Below, in pieces: positions 62,451-64,000 of a DNA stretch of 64,000 nt; the first letter of the stretch is position 1; each line of letters opens with the position of its first letter. The notes beneath the pieces are model-generated. The model had not been told where the DNA came from. It did no database searches and worked only from the letters and a program-made list of their open reading frames with translations. A program made the position numbers and the translations under genes. This DNA is from Octopus sinensis (Eukaryota). The stretch covers positions 209,684,001-209,748,000 of the forward strand of contig NC_042997.1 in the NCBI RefSeq assembly GCF_006345805.1, in the 5' to 3' direction.

Positions 62451-62649
62451 GAATTAGTGCGAGAACACGAACCAGTGCCATCGGCAACAATCAGCAGTTC
62501 CATTGTTGCAATCATTCAGAAAATGGTTGGTTCTCCCCCAGACTCTCACCTCATAGTAGCTGTCTGTGATTTTCTGTTGTTGATGCACCCTGCTGCTGAC
62601 ACCTACATAAACTATGCAAGATCCGGCTTCTACTTCAGTTGCTGGTGGG
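62451..62649 (+). CDS. LYST: LYST exon (199 nt, phase 0 to 1): ELVREHEP...VGSPPDSHL...HPAADTYINYARSGFYFSCWW
   Basis: gtccacag acceptor and G|gtaagt donor; matches human VLGSPPDL...HPPTNTYV...NFYFS. Confidence 0.95.
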
Positions 62650-63004
62650 GTAAGTTCTACGTTTTATATAACTCCTCTCATCTTCTTAAGACTTTCTTCT
62701 CTTCAGTGTGTGTGTGTGTTTTACATCCAGTTGACAATTATGGAATGCCCTGTGCTTGGTTGGTTGTGTGGTTAGGGATCTTAGTAAACCTCTGTAGTCA
62801 TAACTGTGTTGTCACATGTCAGACATACTTCCATCTGCAGCAGCCTATCTCTTACCCGAATTAAGTTACATGCCTTTGATAGAATTTTTAATTAACCTAA
62901 TTATCTTATGTACTAACTACCACTGTAATTTTAATTAATTAATCCATTCATTCATTCTTGGCTTGTTTCATTAAGTGGCTACTTTATTGCAAACTGAGAG
63001 TTTG

Positions 63005-63275
63005 GTGCAGTTCTATAGCGGTTAAGAGTGCAGGCTACTAACCCCAAGAATCCAAGTTCGATGCCAGGCAGTGACCTGGACAATAATAATAATAATAATA
63101 ACAACAACAACAACAAGATTGAAAAATACCTTAGGAATGAGAACCCAGGTTCAAAATTTCCCCAACACACCTGAAGAAGGCTGGAGGGTATATCAGCCGA
63201 AACATGTTAACAACAAACAAGACAAATATCCGTCAAATATTGGACAAATAAGGACAAATATCCGTCAAATATTGC
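63005..63275 (+). mobile_element. tRNA-headed SINE-like element with a degenerate hammerhead-like tail
   Basis: A-box-like TAGCGGTTAAG and B-box-like GTTCGATGCC, then (AAT)n(AAC)n, then AACACAC-CTGAAGA-A-GGCTG(10 nt)CAGCC-GAAAC-ATGTT at 63164-63208. Confidence 0.55.
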
Positions 63276-64000
63276 GAGAGTTTGGTGGTTCAAACTTCCA
63301 CCCATCCACTCACATCTTCATCCTTCCCCATTCATTTCTGTTCACCTTGCACTTTGAAGGCCCACACAGATGCCTCATTGTTGCTAGTTTTAGCTCTTCC
63401 CTCTTCCACTCCAATCATCCTTTCACCCTCTCTTCTAAAATTTGTGAGTTGCCACGTGGCCTGTCTACAGCAAGAAACTTGTCCCGCTCTGGCCCCATCT
63501 CTCATATCTTAACCCTTCATCTCCCAGCATAAAGGCACCCCTCTTGGGGTTCCTACTCTTGCCAGCTGCATGGTGGCTTCACTAATGCTGATGGCATGAA
63601 GAAAGCATCCAGCACCCTCTATAAAACAGTTGGCATTAGGAAGGGCTGCCAGCTGTGGTAACCATGCCAAAGTAGACAGCCCAACCCATGCCACCATGGG
63701 ACAGGGACAGTAAATGAGGGAGGTGATGTATTCTGTCCTCAGCTGAAATATTTAGCTGTCAAACTGCTCAGTCCATCTAGCTGTAAAAAGGTACCACACA
63801 AGAGGGAAACAACTTATAGAATCAGTTTATGTAAAATTGACAAGTTAGTTTTTGTTGTTGTTTGGCCCCAGGCTGGCCCCAATTGAGCAAACTTATGTTC
63901 AAAGACATTCCAGCCATGACCCTCTATCCATTTAGGAGTATCTAGGATTACATTACCTAATACCATCATTCTTGTGTTTAAGATGACAGGGTGTGTGATT

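Larger units (their letters stand above)
8887..62649 (+). other. LYST: LYST gene span, partial: 17 coding exons traced; start exon not located; BEACH/WD40 C-terminal half lies beyond the window
   Basis: Spliced exons give one open frame of 5398 nt. Motifs match human LYST as I recall it: AMKKAKVGYIHSSTCMKKKHRKCIYTHCFDHHH (cf. [26 protein letters not shown]), GICCC, GYDADSE, ELKLLLRLFME, WADP, MGGINVFMFLVAKV, WRIW, HPHQMFNIKQ, VGSPPD. Confidence 0.93.

Overview
Eukaryotic, AT-rich, repeat-dense genomic DNA. The interspersed SINE/RTE repeats look like those of Octopus, but the species is inferred. The window holds the 5' portion of one + strand gene, LYST (lysosomal trafficking regulator, the Chediak-Higashi/beige BEACH-family gene). 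I traced 17 coding exons from 8887 to 62649. All have GT-AG boundaries and consistent phases, totalling 5398 nt (about 1799 codons). The exon carrying the start codon was not found, and the gene continues past the window end. The introns are packed with tRNA-derived SINEs, RTE-LINE 3' tails, short non-autonomous Helitrons, piggyBac-, hAT- and Tc1/pogo-type MITEs, and decayed R4/Dong, Tx1, Penelope and I-type LINE pieces. The most unusual signal is a cluster of three type I hammerhead ribozyme motifs within 1.5 kb (20942-22434). All three are antisense to LYST and sit in tiny (TA)n-flanked inserts. A broken fourth motif forms the tail of a tRNA-headed SINE near 63170. Other oddities are a duplicated 3' splice site, a 422-bp templated duplication, and several long intronic fold-back structures. 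Most entries in the ORF track are microsatellite or repeat artefacts.
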